64,000 bases of DNA from Candidatus Obscuribacteraceae bacterium (GTDB lineage: Bacteria > Cyanobacteriota > Vampirovibrionia > Obscuribacterales > Obscuribacteraceae), in contig JBGASG010000001.1 in the NCBI GenBank assembly GCA_044229845.1, positions 512,001 through 576,000 of the forward strand. Reading direction: 5' to 3'. The notes under the pieces are model-generated. The model was not told where the DNA came from. It saw only the letters and a list, made by a program, of their open reading frames with translations, and searched no databases. Below, one piece after another: positions 39,476 to 50,120 of the stretch. Every line of letters starts with the position of its first letter. Position 1 is the stretch's first letter. The translations under genes were made by a program, and so were the position numbers.

Positions 39476-41002
39476 ATGCGACTTCGCCCTGCCGTCACGT
39501 TGGTCTATCTGGCAACTGCTTTGGCATTTGCCGGACCGGTGCGGGCTGATGAGGCTGAAATCCAACCCAGCGCGCCGGCGCGTCCCGCCGCGATTTCGGT
39601 GGCTATTCCACCGACACCGGTTCTACAGGGCTCGGCTGCTCTCAATAGCGGGGGGAAGTGGGAGAAAGAGTATCAGGCCGGGCAGCAGGCCTTGCAGACT
39701 CACCGATACGCCGAGGCAGAAACCAGACTGCAGAGCGCCTGGTGGGAGTTGCGGAAGCGAAACTTGCGCGATATGCGCCTCAGTCTTGTTCGTCTGGCTC
39801 TAGGTGAAGCTGAATTGGCGCAGAACAAATTGGAAGACGCCGACAAGCAGTTTGTTGCGGTTTTGACCACCGATCGCCAGAACAATGCACCGATGGACAG
39901 CGACCAGCATCTGAAGGCATTGAACTGCGCGACCCGCACAGCCCTGGCGCTCTACAAGTTCCCCCGCGCGCAGCAGTTGTCCGAGCAGGCTATGAACATT
40001 GTGGACAGTCGCAAGGGCGGGGCCCTGAATCGCGAGATTTACACCGCTCAAATCAATCACAGCATCCTGCTGATTAAGGGTGCACATTTGGAAGAGGCTA
40101 CAGAGCTGCTTTCGGACGTGGTGAAAGGGCTGGAAGAAACCACCGGCAACGATGATCTGCTCCAAGAGGCGGTCTACAATCTGGGCATCTCGATTGCCCG
40201 GCAGGGCGATCCACAGCGAGCTGAACCATACTTTGCGCGCGCTTTCGAATTGATGGAAAAGCAGGTGACGTACAACCGTACTGCGCGCCACGGCAGCGTG
40301 AAAATGGTCTGGGAAGACGGCTCACCGCGAGCCCGTCAGATGTGGGATCCCGAATATCCCCTCAAGTATGTGCATCTGAAGAACATCCGTGTCGCCACGA
40401 CCATTGTGCGCAGTGAAAACCTGGTCAGTGTGCTGATTTCAATTGCCAACTGCGGCAAGGAAAGAGTGCAGGTGGGCGTCGGCGATGTCCGGTTGCAGAT
40501 GCTTTCTCCCGTGAAAAAATATCTCGTCTGGATCGACGGCAACATCCTTGACCGCACGCTCGAAGAAGATCACGTCAATAACTTGACCTGGCGTCGCCGC
40601 TGGCTGGCACACATTCAGAAAACGCGCCGTATTCCGGGTTATTTGAAAGACGGAGCGCTGAGCACCGATAACTTTTTCGGCAACAACGTTTTCGGACCGT
40701 ACGGGCACTGGCCGGTGATGGCGTACACCGATCCGGCGGTAGTGACGCGCGAACAATACTACTTTGATGCCTCCGATTCACCGACGGAGACAACGACCGG
40801 TGCCGACAAGGTGACGACAGCCTTCGCCAACAATAGCGGTTCGGTGCTCAAACCTACCTTTCTCGATCCCGGCGATGCGCGCACCGGCGTGGTTTACTTC
40901 CAGCGTGAGAGGTTCGACTCTGCTCGCCTGCAGATCTCCCTGGGAAACACGATCTTCGAGTTTCCGTTCAATGCGCCTGGCGGTCCGAGCGGCAAACACT
41001 AG
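39476..41002 (+). CDS. Exported TPR protein with unknown C-terminal beta domain
   Basis: Signal peptide; TPR-like helices; C-terminal LDPGDARTGVVYF. Confidence 0.75.
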   Translation: MRLRPAVTLVYLATALAFAGPVRADEAEIQPSAPARPAAISVAIPPTPVLQGSAALNSGGKWEKEYQAGQQALQTHRYAEAETRLQSAWWELRKRNLRDMRLSLVRLALGEAELAQNKLEDADKQFVAVLTTDRQNNAPMDSDQHLKALNCATRTALALYKFPRAQQLSEQAMNIVDSRKGGALNREIYTAQINHSILLIKGAHLEEATELLSDVVKGLEETTGNDDLLQEAVYNLGISIARQGDPQRAEPYFARAFELMEKQVTYNRTARHGSVKMVWEDGSPRARQMWDPEYPLKYVHLKNIRVATTIVRSENLVSVLISIANCGKERVQVGVGDVRLQMLSPVKKYLVWIDGNILDRTLEEDHVNNLTWRRRWLAHIQKTRRIPGYLKDGALSTDNFFGNNVFGPYGHWPVMAYTDPAVVTREQYYFDASDSPTETTTGADKVTTAFANNSGSVLKPTFLDPGDARTGVVYFQRERFDSARLQISLGNTIFEFPFNAPGGPSGKH

Positions 41003-41419
41003 GCGCTGCCGCGACTCGCATTCAGACGCACCATATTCAGTATCAAGAAAAAAATAGCCGTGCCGCACAATCCCGGCTGCGGGACAATCGTACAAAAATA
41101 GCTGGCTAACTGTACGGCACGGACCTTTTCCCTGGGTCAACTTTGTAGCGGGGCACCGCAGCGCTGTGGGCGCCAAACCGTGGGCTGGCGGACGACAGAT
41201 TGCGGGATGGCTGCATTATAGAACAAGATCCTCGTTGTCATACCTTAAATTTAGCGGCTGATAGAGAAAAAGTTCAGGGCGGGGCCGGTTTCAAAGCGAC
41301 GCACCGGAAGGGCGATGGGGAACAGAAGAATCAGAACGGCAGGCGAGCGATTTGAGCCTGGACATCTGTGCCTCGACAACGAGGGGCAGAAATTGGTTTG
41401 CAGTTTGGGGCGGGCATCG

Positions 41420-41740
41420 ATGAAGAGAAACAGACATCTGGCAGCAGCGACGTTATTGGGTGCCGCTTTGTCATTGCTGACGGCAACGCCCGCAGCGCAC
41501 GGACAGGAGTCCTGGGAGTCTTATTATCAGGCTGCCCAACAAGCCTACGACGGACACAATCTTTTCGAGGCGCGGCGCCTTTTTCTCAGTGCACTCAAAG
41601 AGGCGCGCCAGAGAAAGCAAGACAAACAGCTAACTTCACGTCTAGAGAATCTGGCCGATTTTTATGTTCAGACCGACAGGCGCTCGCAGGCGGAGCCTCT
41701 CTACAAGCTGCTCAAGAAACTGCGCACGCGGCAAGGATAA
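41420..41740 (+). CDS. Small exported TPR-like protein
   Basis: Signal peptide MKRNRHLAAATLLG...AHG; LENLADFY..QAEPLY. Confidence 0.65.
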   Translation: MKRNRHLAAATLLGAALSLLTATPAAHGQESWESYYQAAQQAYDGHNLFEARRLFLSALKEARQRKQDKQLTSRLENLADFYVQTDRRSQAEPLYKLLKKLRTRQG

Positions 41741-41882
41741 CTTTGCACCATAGGCGGTGCCTGCGAGGAATTGTTTCCCGTTGAAAGTCAAGGGGGCGGT
41801 GGTGGTGGTAGGTGCTCCCGGCCTGAGTACATCTTGCTGATGTGCTGTGAAACCTGCGAAGATCTGTCTCCGAGGTGGCAAG

Positions 41883-42257
41883 ATGAACAGCATTAGCAGC
41901 AGTCAACAAGCAGTCCAATCGGCTGTCGGGCAGAAAATCAAACATGCCGTCAGCAGTCTGGAGAATCTATCGCTCGAATTCGAAGGTGGACACGGAATTC
42001 TAGTTAGCGCGCAATCGGCTGAGGACAAACCGGCAATTCTGGTTGAGCAGATGGCCGCTGACAAATTGCCGCGCCAACCTGATGCGGTCTGCTCTGTGGA
42101 TTGGTCATGGATAAGCCAGTCGACCCTGGCGGCAGGGACAGTCAAAGAAGGTGTACTGCGTCTGGATTTGAATCCGGCCGGTCCGGTGACTGTTTCGGTG
42201 CAGTTCTGGCAAGGAAAACCGTTTCTAGCATTCCAGCCCTACAAGCCGGCCAAGTAG
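41883..42257 (+). CDS. Hypothetical protein
   Basis: GAGG RBS before ATG at 41883; protein-like composition. Confidence 0.6.
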   Translation: MNSISSSQQAVQSAVGQKIKHAVSSLENLSLEFEGGHGILVSAQSAEDKPAILVEQMAADKLPRQPDAVCSVDWSWISQSTLAAGTVKEGVLRLDLNPAGPVTVSVQFWQGKPFLAFQPYKPAK

Positions 42258-42501
42258 GTGTGATACCGCTTGTGGTGCGCCCGTCGTCACAGCGAAGTGG
42301 CGGCGAACTACTGAGTTCGCCGATACTTTGTTGCGCCACGGGCCAACGAAGCAGGACAACGAGCAGGTGATGGCACGATCGGCCTTGAGCACGACAATGC
42401 ACAGGATAATGCAACGCAAACCAGAGGACGTGTCTGGCGGCGACCAGACGGTGCGGGCTTGGGGAAACTGAGACTGGAGAGTTAAGACCTGGAGGACTGG
42501 A

Positions 42502-42702
42502 CTAGACGAAGAACAAGGACAGGAACATGGTCACGCTCATGAAGAGGCAGAACAATATGAGTGCCGGTAAGAAGTCATCTACGGCATCTGCAATGGACAA
42601 TTTACGAACGCTTCTGCCGGTTTTAGAGCCATGAATCAGCTTGTCGTAATAGGTGAAGTATGGATCTTTGGTCCCGTCTATAACTGCGATTTCGTCACGC
42701 AT
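42502..42702 (-). CDS. Small hypothetical membrane protein
   Basis: 66 aa with a C-terminal TM helix. Confidence 0.5.
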   Translation of the reverse strand: MRDEIAVIDGTKDPYFTYYDKLIHGSKTGRSVRKLSIADAVDDFLPALILFCLFMSVTMFLSLFFV

Positions 42703-42916
42703 TTCTTATCAGTACCACGCTGGGATGAATAAAACAGGATTCCGTGGTGCTACCAGGACTGAGTTCAATTGAGTAGGGAGGGGCTGCTTGAACTGGAGTG
42801 GGGAGCGCCGGTGGCGATCCCGTTCTGTAGATGCAAGGTTTGTTTACCTGCATCTCACAGTTTAATGTTCGGTTAAGCAATGTCAAGATAACAAACGCTA
42901 ATATGGGCACGGTTTC

Positions 42917-44101
42917 TCACATTGACTCAGCGGCTGCATAGGCGGAAGCCCATGCCCACTGAAAGTTGTAGCCACCCAGTTGACCGGTGACGTCCACGAC
43001 CTCGCCAATGAAATGCAGTCCGGGCACCTTTTTCGATTCCATAGAGCGCGACGACAGTTCGCTGGTATCGACTCCACCGCGCGTCACTTCGGCCTTCATA
43101 TAGCCTACCGAGCTGCGCGGTACAACCCGCCAGTGATGCAAGGCGGCGGCGATTTCGTGAATCTGCTTCTCGTTGTACTGGTTGAGCGGACGCGACTCTA
43201 GATAGAGCTGGCAGAACTTTTCAGCAAAGCGTTTGGGCAAGAAGTCGGCGAGGATGTTTTTCAGTTCGGTGCGATTGCCCAAACGTTTCCTCTCTAAAAG
43301 GTCCTCCAGAAGCGGTTTTCCTGGCAGCGTGTCAATCTCCAGTGGCTCCTGAGCATTCCAGTACAAAGACGCCTGCAGAATCGCTGGCCCGGAAAGTCCG
43401 GTATGCGTGAAGAGCGAGTTCTCGTGAAACGCCACACCGTTGGCTGAGACTATGGAATCGAACGAAACGCCGGACAACTCAGGGAGTTCATGCAGCTCGG
43501 GTTCTCCAAGGTTAAACCCAACTAATGCGGGAGCGGTCTTCACTATCTTGAGCCCGAACTGCTCGGCGATGCGATAACCGAATCCGGTGGCACCAATCTT
43601 TGGGATTGAGAGTCCGCCGGTGGCAATCACCAGACGCTCGCACCGGTAGGCACCATGATTGGTATCAAGCTGGAACAACTGCTTCTGGCTCAAATGGCTA
43701 ATGGAGTCGACCGTGCAGCGCATCTGAAAATCGACAGCGGCGTGGTGACACTCCTTTTGCAGCATATCCACGATCGCCTGGGCGGATCCATTGCAGAAAA
43801 GCTGACCGAGTTTCTTCTCGTGAAATGCTATGCGGTGTTTCTTGACCAGAGCAATGAAATCGTCAGGCGTGTATCTCGACAGTGCCGACTTGCAGAAATG
43901 GGGATTGGCTGAGAAGTAATTGGCGGCTGTGGCGCCGGTGTTGGTGAAATTGCAGCGCCCACCACCGGAGATGAGAATCTTGCGTCCGAGAATGCTGGCG
44001 TGGTCGATCAGCAGGACGCGTTTGCCGCGTTTGGCCGCTTCGGCCGCGCACATCATGCCGGCGCCACCGGCGCCCACGATTATCAGGTCATAGCTTTTCA
44101 A
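42917..44101 (-). CDS. HI0933/YhiN/BaiN family FAD-dependent oxidoreductase
   Basis: GRKILISGGGRCNFTN, ATGGLS.PKIG, FTHTGLSGP, GGYNFQWAWAS. Confidence 0.95.
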   Translation of the reverse strand: MKSYDLIIVGAGGAGMMCAAEAAKRGKRVLLIDHASILGRKILISGGGRCNFTNTGATAANYFSANPHFCKSALSRYTPDDFIALVKKHRIAFHEKKLGQLFCNGSAQAIVDMLQKECHHAAVDFQMRCTVDSISHLSQKQLFQLDTNHGAYRCERLVIATGGLSIPKIGATGFGYRIAEQFGLKIVKTAPALVGFNLGEPELHELPELSGVSFDSIVSANGVAFHENSLFTHTGLSGPAILQASLYWNAQEPLEIDTLPGKPLLEDLLERKRLGNRTELKNILADFLPKRFAEKFCQLYLESRPLNQYNEKQIHEIAAALHHWRVVPRSSVGYMKAEVTRGGVDTSELSSRSMESKKVPGLHFIGEVVDVTGQLGGYNFQWAWASAYAAAESM

Positions 44102-44122
44102 CTTGGTGCCGCACTTTCCACA

Positions 44123-45715
44123 TTACGACAGCAGACGCTTCAGCACTTTGCCCGTGGAGTTGCGCGGCAGCGTTTCGAGAAACTCCACCAGGCGCGGCAC
44201 TTTGTACTCGGCAAGCAACTTGGCGCAATGCTCTTTGATCTGCTCCACTGTGAAGGCTTGACCTTTGAAAGGAACCACAAACGCTTTCACGCGCTCGCCC
44301 ATGAGTTCGTCAGGGACGCCGATTACCGCCGCGTCGGCGACACCTGCCAGGCGCAAAAGTACTTCTTCGATTTCCCGCGGATAGATGTTTTGGCCGCCGC
44401 GAATGATCATTTCTTTTTGACGACCGACGATGTAGATGTAGCCATCATCGTCTTTGTAGCCCAGATCGCCTGTGTGGAACCAACCGTCCTTCAACACCTC
44501 CGCGGTGGCTTGCGGGTTGTTATGGTAACCCTGCATAACGTTGGGACCGCTGATGATAATTTCGCCGACGTGTGACTCGCCCGTCGGCAATAGATTACCG
44601 GCGCTGTCGGCAATTTCGATATGCAGTCCAGGCAGTGCCGGGCCGATGGAGCCGACCTTGCGGGGACCGTGGAGTGGATTGATGGTGGCGGCACAGGAGG
44701 ACTCTGTCAGACCGTAGCCTTCCATGACCGGTGCGCCAAAACTCTCTTCAACCTTTTTGAGGACGGCCGGCGGCAGCGCTGCCGCTCCGGCAAAACAAAT
44801 GCGCAGGGCACTCAAGTCGACTGGATTCTTCTCGTATTCCATGAGCAGGAACTGATACATGGAAGGCACTGCCGGCAGTACCGTGACTCGTTCGCTCGCC
44901 AGCGTCTTCAACACTTGCTGGACTTCGAATTTAGGAATAACGACCAGGCGACCGCCTTTGGAAAGCGTGCCCATCATTACCACCGTCAGTCCGTAGATGT
45001 GGCACAGTGGCAGCGCTGCCAGGCACACATCGCCTTCTGAAAGGTCAAACATATCCAGGCGTGCGGGAAAGATGCTGAGCACATTTTTGTGAGTGAGCAT
45101 CGCCCCTTTGGGTTTGCCAGTCGTGCCCGATGTGTACACCAGGGCGGACAGGTCCTTTTCGGGATTGAGCGGTGTCGGCCATGACATCGAAGCTGGTGCA
45201 TCCTCGACATCGGTCAGCCTTTCCAGCTTGGCTTTGCCGGCGCTGCCTGTGAGCTGCTCGCTTGGCGCCGCTGATACGAACAAGTGAGAGACCTGATGAC
45301 CGCCTTTATCGACGGCGGCGATGGCTTCAGTGAGACCAGTCTCGTGCAGAATCAGAACGGTTGCTCCGGAATCCTGCAGAATGTGCGAGATCTCCTCGCA
45401 TTTGAGGAGCGGATTTATCGGTACAGCCGTAGCTGCCAGCGATGCGACCGCGAACAACGAGGCCACGTAATCCGGATGGTTGGGAAAGAATAGCCCCACC
45501 TTATCGCCTTTTTTGACTCCAGCCAGCCTGAGCTGCCAGGCAATCGACCGGGTGCGGCGCAGTAGCTGCCCATAGGTGATGCGTCTGTCGAGAAAGGTAA
45601 GTGCCTCTTTTTCGCCGTGGCGACCGGTCCTGTCAAGAAGGATGCCGACCACGCCAAAGGTAGCCAGGCTGCCTTCTAGCGAAACTGCTGTCATAGCATC
45701 AACGGATTTCTGCAT
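44123..45715 (-). CDS. Long-chain fatty acid--CoA ligase
   Basis: YTSGTTGKPKG, EGYGLTE, TGDLG, GKVLK; exact start uncertain. Confidence 0.9.
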   Translation of the reverse strand: MQKSVDAMTAVSLEGSLATFGVVGILLDRTGRHGEKEALTFLDRRITYGQLLRRTRSIAWQLRLAGVKKGDKVGLFFPNHPDYVASLFAVASLAATAVPINPLLKCEEISHILQDSGATVLILHETGLTEAIAAVDKGGHQVSHLFVSAAPSEQLTGSAGKAKLERLTDVEDAPASMSWPTPLNPEKDLSALVYTSGTTGKPKGAMLTHKNVLSIFPARLDMFDLSEGDVCLAALPLCHIYGLTVVMMGTLSKGGRLVVIPKFEVQQVLKTLASERVTVLPAVPSMYQFLLMEYEKNPVDLSALRICFAGAAALPPAVLKKVEESFGAPVMEGYGLTESSCAATINPLHGPRKVGSIGPALPGLHIEIADSAGNLLPTGESHVGEIIISGPNVMQGYHNNPQATAEVLKDGWFHTGDLGYKDDDGYIYIVGRQKEMIIRGGQNIYPREIEEVLLRLAGVADAAVIGVPDELMGERVKAFVVPFKGQAFTVEQIKEHCAKLLAEYKVPRLVEFLETLPRNSTGKVLKRLLS

Positions 45716-45864
45716 TGCGTGCCGTCCCGAACCCGGAAAGTAGTAATTATCGGGCCTTTTGGTCCGAAACAGGCGCTGGCTGGCGGTCAAACGTTTTTCA
45801 TATATAAGGAACGGATTGGGAATATATAGGCATAGGCTCCCGGTTCGCTTCTCCGTGTGCGTAT

Positions 45865-46299
45865 ATGGACGACATTCGAATCTGGCTAGTTTTGATCATC
45901 GTCGTTTGTGCCGTGATTGGCGTCACACTCAACTATTTCATCGGGCCGAAAAATCCCTTCAAACAAAAAATCGCTAATGAGGCCCGGGCTCTGGAAGTTC
46001 GGATTCGCATGGAGCAGGGGGAGGAGTTGATAGACGACCTGTGCGCGCTGGCCAATCTCTATGGGCGGGGTGGCAAGAACTGGGAGGCTGAACAAACGTT
46101 TCAGCGGGCCATCAATACTTGCTCGCAACAGTTCGGCGATCGCCACAAGACACTGGCTCGCATTTTGCGCGATTATGCGTCTTTGCTGCGCAACTTGAAT
46201 CGATTTCCAGAGGCGGAGCGTTGTGACGAACGCGCCACTCGCATAGAACGCGGAGAGGATCCAGGCAAGACAATCGAGTTCAAGAAATCGCGCAAGTGA
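45865..46299 (+). CDS. Membrane-anchored TPR protein
   Basis: N-terminal TM helix followed by TPR-like helices. Confidence 0.7.
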   Translation: MDDIRIWLVLIIVVCAVIGVTLNYFIGPKNPFKQKIANEARALEVRIRMEQGEELIDDLCALANLYGRGGKNWEAEQTFQRAINTCSQQFGDRHKTLARILRDYASLLRNLNRFPEAERCDERATRIERGEDPGKTIEFKKSRK

Positions 46300-46393
46300 T
46301 TAGAAAAAGTGACAAGTCGACCTGAGCGGCCGACCTGTCCTACCCGCGTGTGAAATGTATTTGCTTGTTCGACACTCTGTTGGTCGCGGGAAC

Positions 46394-46708
46394 TTAAAGT
46401 CCCATGGCGAGCGGGAAGAAGTAGCCCATCAGACTGGCTACGATGACGCTGGCGCCGACTGCCCAGCGACGTTGACCGCGCTGGAACAACATGCCGATCG
46501 CGATACCACCGGCGATGGCAATGCCAATTTCCCAACTACCTATGGATTGCATGATGTTTCCCAGATTCTGGCGAACAAGCCCCAGGTGAGTTGCGGAGAC
46601 TGCTGCAACTGTGAAGACTGCCCAGAAAAATAGAAGTCCAGGCAAAGCAGACGTAGTTCCATGAAGGCTCATGTGATTGCGTCGCGGCATTACAGATTGC
46701 ATATTCAC
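46394..46708 (-). CDS. Hypothetical membrane protein
   Basis: GAGG RBS; three hydrophobic segments. Confidence 0.55.
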   Translation of the reverse strand: MNMQSVMPRRNHMSLHGTTSALPGLLFFWAVFTVAAVSATHLGLVRQNLGNIMQSIGSWEIGIAIAGGIAIGMLFQRGQRRWAVGASVIVASLMGYFFPLAMGL

Positions 46709-46926
46709 CTCGGGCCCGCGTTAGCGAGTGACTAAACAGTACTGTGGCTTTCTGAAAAACGTTTGAAACCGAGAAATTAGGCAACTTCGATTGTAAGTGC
46801 AAGGTTGTGAATCTCTCGTAAATGCCGAGACGAATCCGCATTAGCTATGTTTCACAAATCGCCAATCAACTGCATATGTCTAAGGCTCGACACCAACCAA
46901 GCCTCTGAGGTTTTGATTCGATTTGA

Positions 46927-48255
46927 TTAGCTTGCGGCTCGCAGCGTTCGCAGGTTACGCAGTGAGCGTTTGAATTCCTGTTGGCGTTTCGCTGCTGCCT
47001 CGCGGCTGTAAACACGATCGATTAGATTGATGAAACCGTGTCGCAGTTGATCCACACTCATATCTGAGGGTTTGAAGTTGACGTCGAAGAGCGTGCACTT
47101 GTCCCAGCGCTCGTCTTCGAGAATGCGACCCTCGCTCTTCAAGCGAGTGTAGAGCGGTGTGCCCGGAAATGCCGTTTGTATCGTCAATTGCACGTCGAAC
47201 AAGCCGAGTTCGCCGACGTAGTCGTATAGGGAGTCGATGGCTTCGATCCTCTGTCCGTCCAGCCCAAGGATGAAGCAGCCGATGACGCGAATTCCATGCG
47301 ACTGAATTTTTTGAATGGATTCCCGAGTTTTGTTGAACATGCGGTATTTATAATCGGCGCGCAGCTCCATATTCTTTAAGGAGTCGGCGACGTTGCTTTC
47401 CAAGCCGATCAAGACTTGCATGCAGCCGCTCTGTTCCATCTTGTACAAGAGCTCCGGATCATCAGCGATAGATAGATCTGTCTCGGCGAACCAGCGCACA
47501 TCACGTTTGACCATCTCCGGTAATAGTTCGTTTTTCCAGAACGCGCGATTGACCAGCGAATTGTCGTCGGCGAATTCGATGAATGGGCGACGCCAGATTG
47601 ATTGAATGCAGTCGAGCTCGGCGAGCACTTTTTCTTTGGGCTTCTGTTTGTAGCGATTGGTAATCAGAATCGATGCCGCGCAGAACTCGCAGCGGTGCGG
47701 GCAACCGCGGCTGGTCTGGATGGTGAGACGGTTGTATTTGCTCGGCTCCAGCAAATGGAACGCGGGCATCGGTGCGTCCTTCATCTCGAAACTGCTGAAT
47801 TGTGATCCATAAAATGGCTTGAGTTGACCTGCTTCGCAGTCTGCGACGATCTGGTTCCAGATTGGTTCGCCTTCGCCGATTGCTACTGCGTCGCAGTACT
47901 GTGCTGCTTCGTGCGGGAGCGAGCTGACATGTGGTCCGCCGATGACCACCGGAATCTTTAGTGCGCGGTAGCGCATGGCTAACTCATAGGCTTCGTGTAT
48001 TTGTGCGCTGTAACTAGATATGGCGACCAGATCGAACTCGCCGGGGACGCTTTCGACCGCGCTCAGGGCCGGCACTTCTATGTAGAAAACCTGATGTCGT
48101 TTGTCTGTGAGCCCAGCCAGGGTCAGGAGAGCCAGGCTCGGCAATGATGCAATGGCTTTGCCTCGGTCAAGAAACCCGGGCAGCGTCAACCCAACGGCTG
48201 CAACTTCCGGATCTATAACGTGTACGCCGCTCATGGCAATCAATCCAATTTTCAT
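46927..48255 (-). CDS. B12-binding domain radical SAM protein
   Basis: GGPHVS, GEGE, SRGCPHRCEFC, FADDN, IGLES, PGTPLY. Confidence 0.92.
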   Translation of the reverse strand: MKIGLIAMSGVHVIDPEVAAVGLTLPGFLDRGKAIASLPSLALLTLAGLTDKRHQVFYIEVPALSAVESVPGEFDLVAISSYSAQIHEAYELAMRYRALKIPVVIGGPHVSSLPHEAAQYCDAVAIGEGEPIWNQIVADCEAGQLKPFYGSQFSSFEMKDAPMPAFHLLEPSKYNRLTIQTSRGCPHRCEFCAASILITNRYKQKPKEKVLAELDCIQSIWRRPFIEFADDNSLVNRAFWKNELLPEMVKRDVRWFAETDLSIADDPELLYKMEQSGCMQVLIGLESNVADSLKNMELRADYKYRMFNKTRESIQKIQSHGIRVIGCFILGLDGQRIEAIDSLYDYVGELGLFDVQLTIQTAFPGTPLYTRLKSEGRILEDERWDKCTLFDVNFKPSDMSVDQLRHGFINLIDRVYSREAAAKRQQEFKRSLRNLRTLRAAS

Positions 48256-48641
48256 TTTAGAAGCCCCAGGAAGAGGAAACTACCAGTAGCCGCCACCAAC
48301 GTTACGACCGGCACCACAAACAAGTGACGAAGCGGCCTTTGGAACGCCGCAGCGAAACATGTCAGTGGCATCGTTGCTTGGGCAATCACAAAAAGGAGCG
48401 AAGTAAGCGCAAGCGATTCCGGTGGGATATTTAGCCACTTAGCCGTCGCGACATAAGCAAAGTTGAGGAACGCCAGTCCAAAGCAGGCGATGTGTCCCAA
48501 CCGCAGCAAACGGCGCGTCCACGAGTTATAGCCTCCGAGCCACTCCTCTTCGTTGAACTTCAGTCCGATCGGCACGGCAACAATCAGACCGGCGAAGACG
48601 CCGGCCCAGGCAGCAATCAAATTCATTTCCATACTGCGCAT
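48252..48641 (-). CDS. Four-TM hypothetical protein translationally coupled to the radical SAM gene
   Basis: ATGA overlap with the rSAM start; RRLLRLGHIACFGL motif. Confidence 0.65.
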   Translation of the reverse strand: MRSMEMNLIAAWAGVFAGLIVAVPIGLKFNEEEWLGGYNSWTRRLLRLGHIACFGLAFLNFAYVATAKWLNIPPESLALTSLLFVIAQATMPLTCFAAAFQRPLRHLFVVPVVTLVAATGSFLFLGLLK

Positions 48642-48732
48642 TCTCGCAGAGGGGGGTTTGCTTGATTTGCCGGTCCGAACAGTTTGCCGACTGTACGGTT
48701 GCAGGAAGTTGTCGCCAAGGTATTTAGTGCTC

Positions 48733-49344
48733 TTAGTTCAAGATGAGCTGGGTAGTTCCTGACCTAGACGTTGGCAGTGCCAGCATCTTTGAGAGCCATT
48801 CCGGCAGCAGCTGGAAACGCGCGGCGCATTCATCCCAGTCTCGCTCAGTCCAGCCGTCGATGGTGTGCTGTAGGAAGTGCACGGGATTGGAGGATCTTCC
48901 TAGATGCCATATGGTGCGCAACTCCGTACCCACTGTTGAATCAGTGAGGACGAGCTTGCGCATGCTGGCACCTACATATTGGATCGGTCCCTGTGAGGTC
49001 CAGATGCGACTGCTGCGTCCACTTACCGCAAAGATTTCGGCGGGCGGTTCCTGCTGGGGGAGTCCGACCTCTCTCGCGAATTGCGCACTCACGCTGGCAA
49101 TAATCTTGTGAAATACACGCGCCTTCGCGAGGGCAATTTCCGTGATGCTGGGTTGGGGAGTATTGGGTCCTCCTTTGATGTATAACCCCCACGCGATGCG
49201 TGTGATTTCTTTGTTAGCGTGTAGTCTCGACAAAGCTGTATCGATCGCACCGCGGTTTTTGGCTAGGTGGAGCACCTGTCGGGTTGCTATCATCGCGCCT
49301 TCCGGGATGCTCTCTATTAGTTCTCTGATTTCTTCGATTGCCAT
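48733..49344 (-). CDS. AbiEi-like (DUF6088-type) type IV antitoxin / winged-helix DNA-binding protein
   Basis: AAAGGAG RBS before ATG at 49344; N-terminal RGAIDTALSRL...EITRIAWGLY and SAQFAREVGL resemble the AbiEi/DUF6088 pattern. Confidence 0.7.
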   Translation of the reverse strand: MAIEEIRELIESIPEGAMIATRQVLHLAKNRGAIDTALSRLHANKEITRIAWGLYIKGGPNTPQPSITEIALAKARVFHKIIASVSAQFAREVGLPQQEPPAEIFAVSGRSSRIWTSQGPIQYVGASMRKLVLTDSTVGTELRTIWHLGRSSNPVHFLQHTIDGWTERDWDECAARFQLLPEWLSKMLALPTSRSGTTQLILN

Positions 49345-49433
49345 AGGGTTTCTCCTTTCGTTTGATCTAAGGATTGTTATATCTAATGGCGCGTCTGATT
49401 TGCAAAACATTCGAATCTAGAGCACCACAGGCG

Positions 49434-49995
49434 GTGCGAGATGTTAGTGGGGGAATTCTCACATCTTTGTTTGCTCGCGCTGCCTCCCTGGAGCCCTCCG
49501 GCGCCCGCACCGTCTGGGCATTGATAGATTTTGGTACCAGAATCTATCAATATCTGCCACGAGGTTTGCTCAAGACTGAGCGCGATGCTTGCACTCGGCG
49601 TTTCTTGTGAATGCCGTGTTGTGGATTTTGGTTGGTACTGGAATCTATTATTTGCAAACGATTGAAACTGGAGCGCCGTTAAATGTGCGATATTTTGGTG
49701 AGGAAATTTCTCGCGCTTCGTGTTTCGCGTTGCCGCTCTGGCGCCTCCGGCGCCCGTCCGCGCCAACCTAGGCATTGATAGATTTTGGTACCAAAACCTG
49801 TCAACGTCTGCCACCAGAGTTTGCGCCGGGGCGAGAGCAAAACTTGCTCTCGTGCGTTTCGTTTGCATCCCGTATTGGTGGATTTTGGTACTTGAATCTG
49901 ACGTTTTGGCTGGACGCTGTCTGTACAAGCGCCTTTGCGCTGGGGGTGAGCAAATCGCTTTGGCTTCGAATTGTTAGTTTTTAGGACTAAAACCT
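49434..49995. repeat. Array of about 7 degenerate ~30-bp palindromes (core TTGATAGATTTTGGTACCARAAYCTRTCAA), organised partly as a ~254-bp tandem duplication
   Basis: Best copies at 49520-49551 and 49774-49804; weaker copies at ~49618, 49874 and 49970; divergent copies at 49434 and 49685; shared spacer motif CCTCCGGCGCCCG at 49495 and 49744. Confidence 0.8.
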
Positions 49996-50120
49996 TTGAC
50001 GTCCTCCCCTCCCTGAAGGAAGGGGATTGCGGCTAAGCAGCCGAAGCTGCCGACACGGTGGGTTCCTGCTTCGCCGAGGCACCCATCGGCACCTCTCCAC
50101 CGCAATCACAATGCCATGGT
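49976..50120 (-). ncRNA. Putative TnpB omega-RNA (reRNA) scaffold plus flanking guide
   Basis: Minus strand encodes a TnpB-like tail CGGE...AKQEPT...* then the right-end hairpin ending TCAA; omega-RNAs are known to span this region; expression not shown. Confidence 0.45.

Noticed and set aside
49383..49928. 181-aa minus-strand ORF and other short ORFs across the repeat array
   Set aside because: No RBS or domain; the repeat is read in different frames in different copies, which argues against coding selection
49434..49995. CRISPR array interpretation of the spaced palindromes
   Set aside because: Repeats are too degenerate, spacers are uneven and similar to each other between the duplicated blocks, and there are no cas genes in the window
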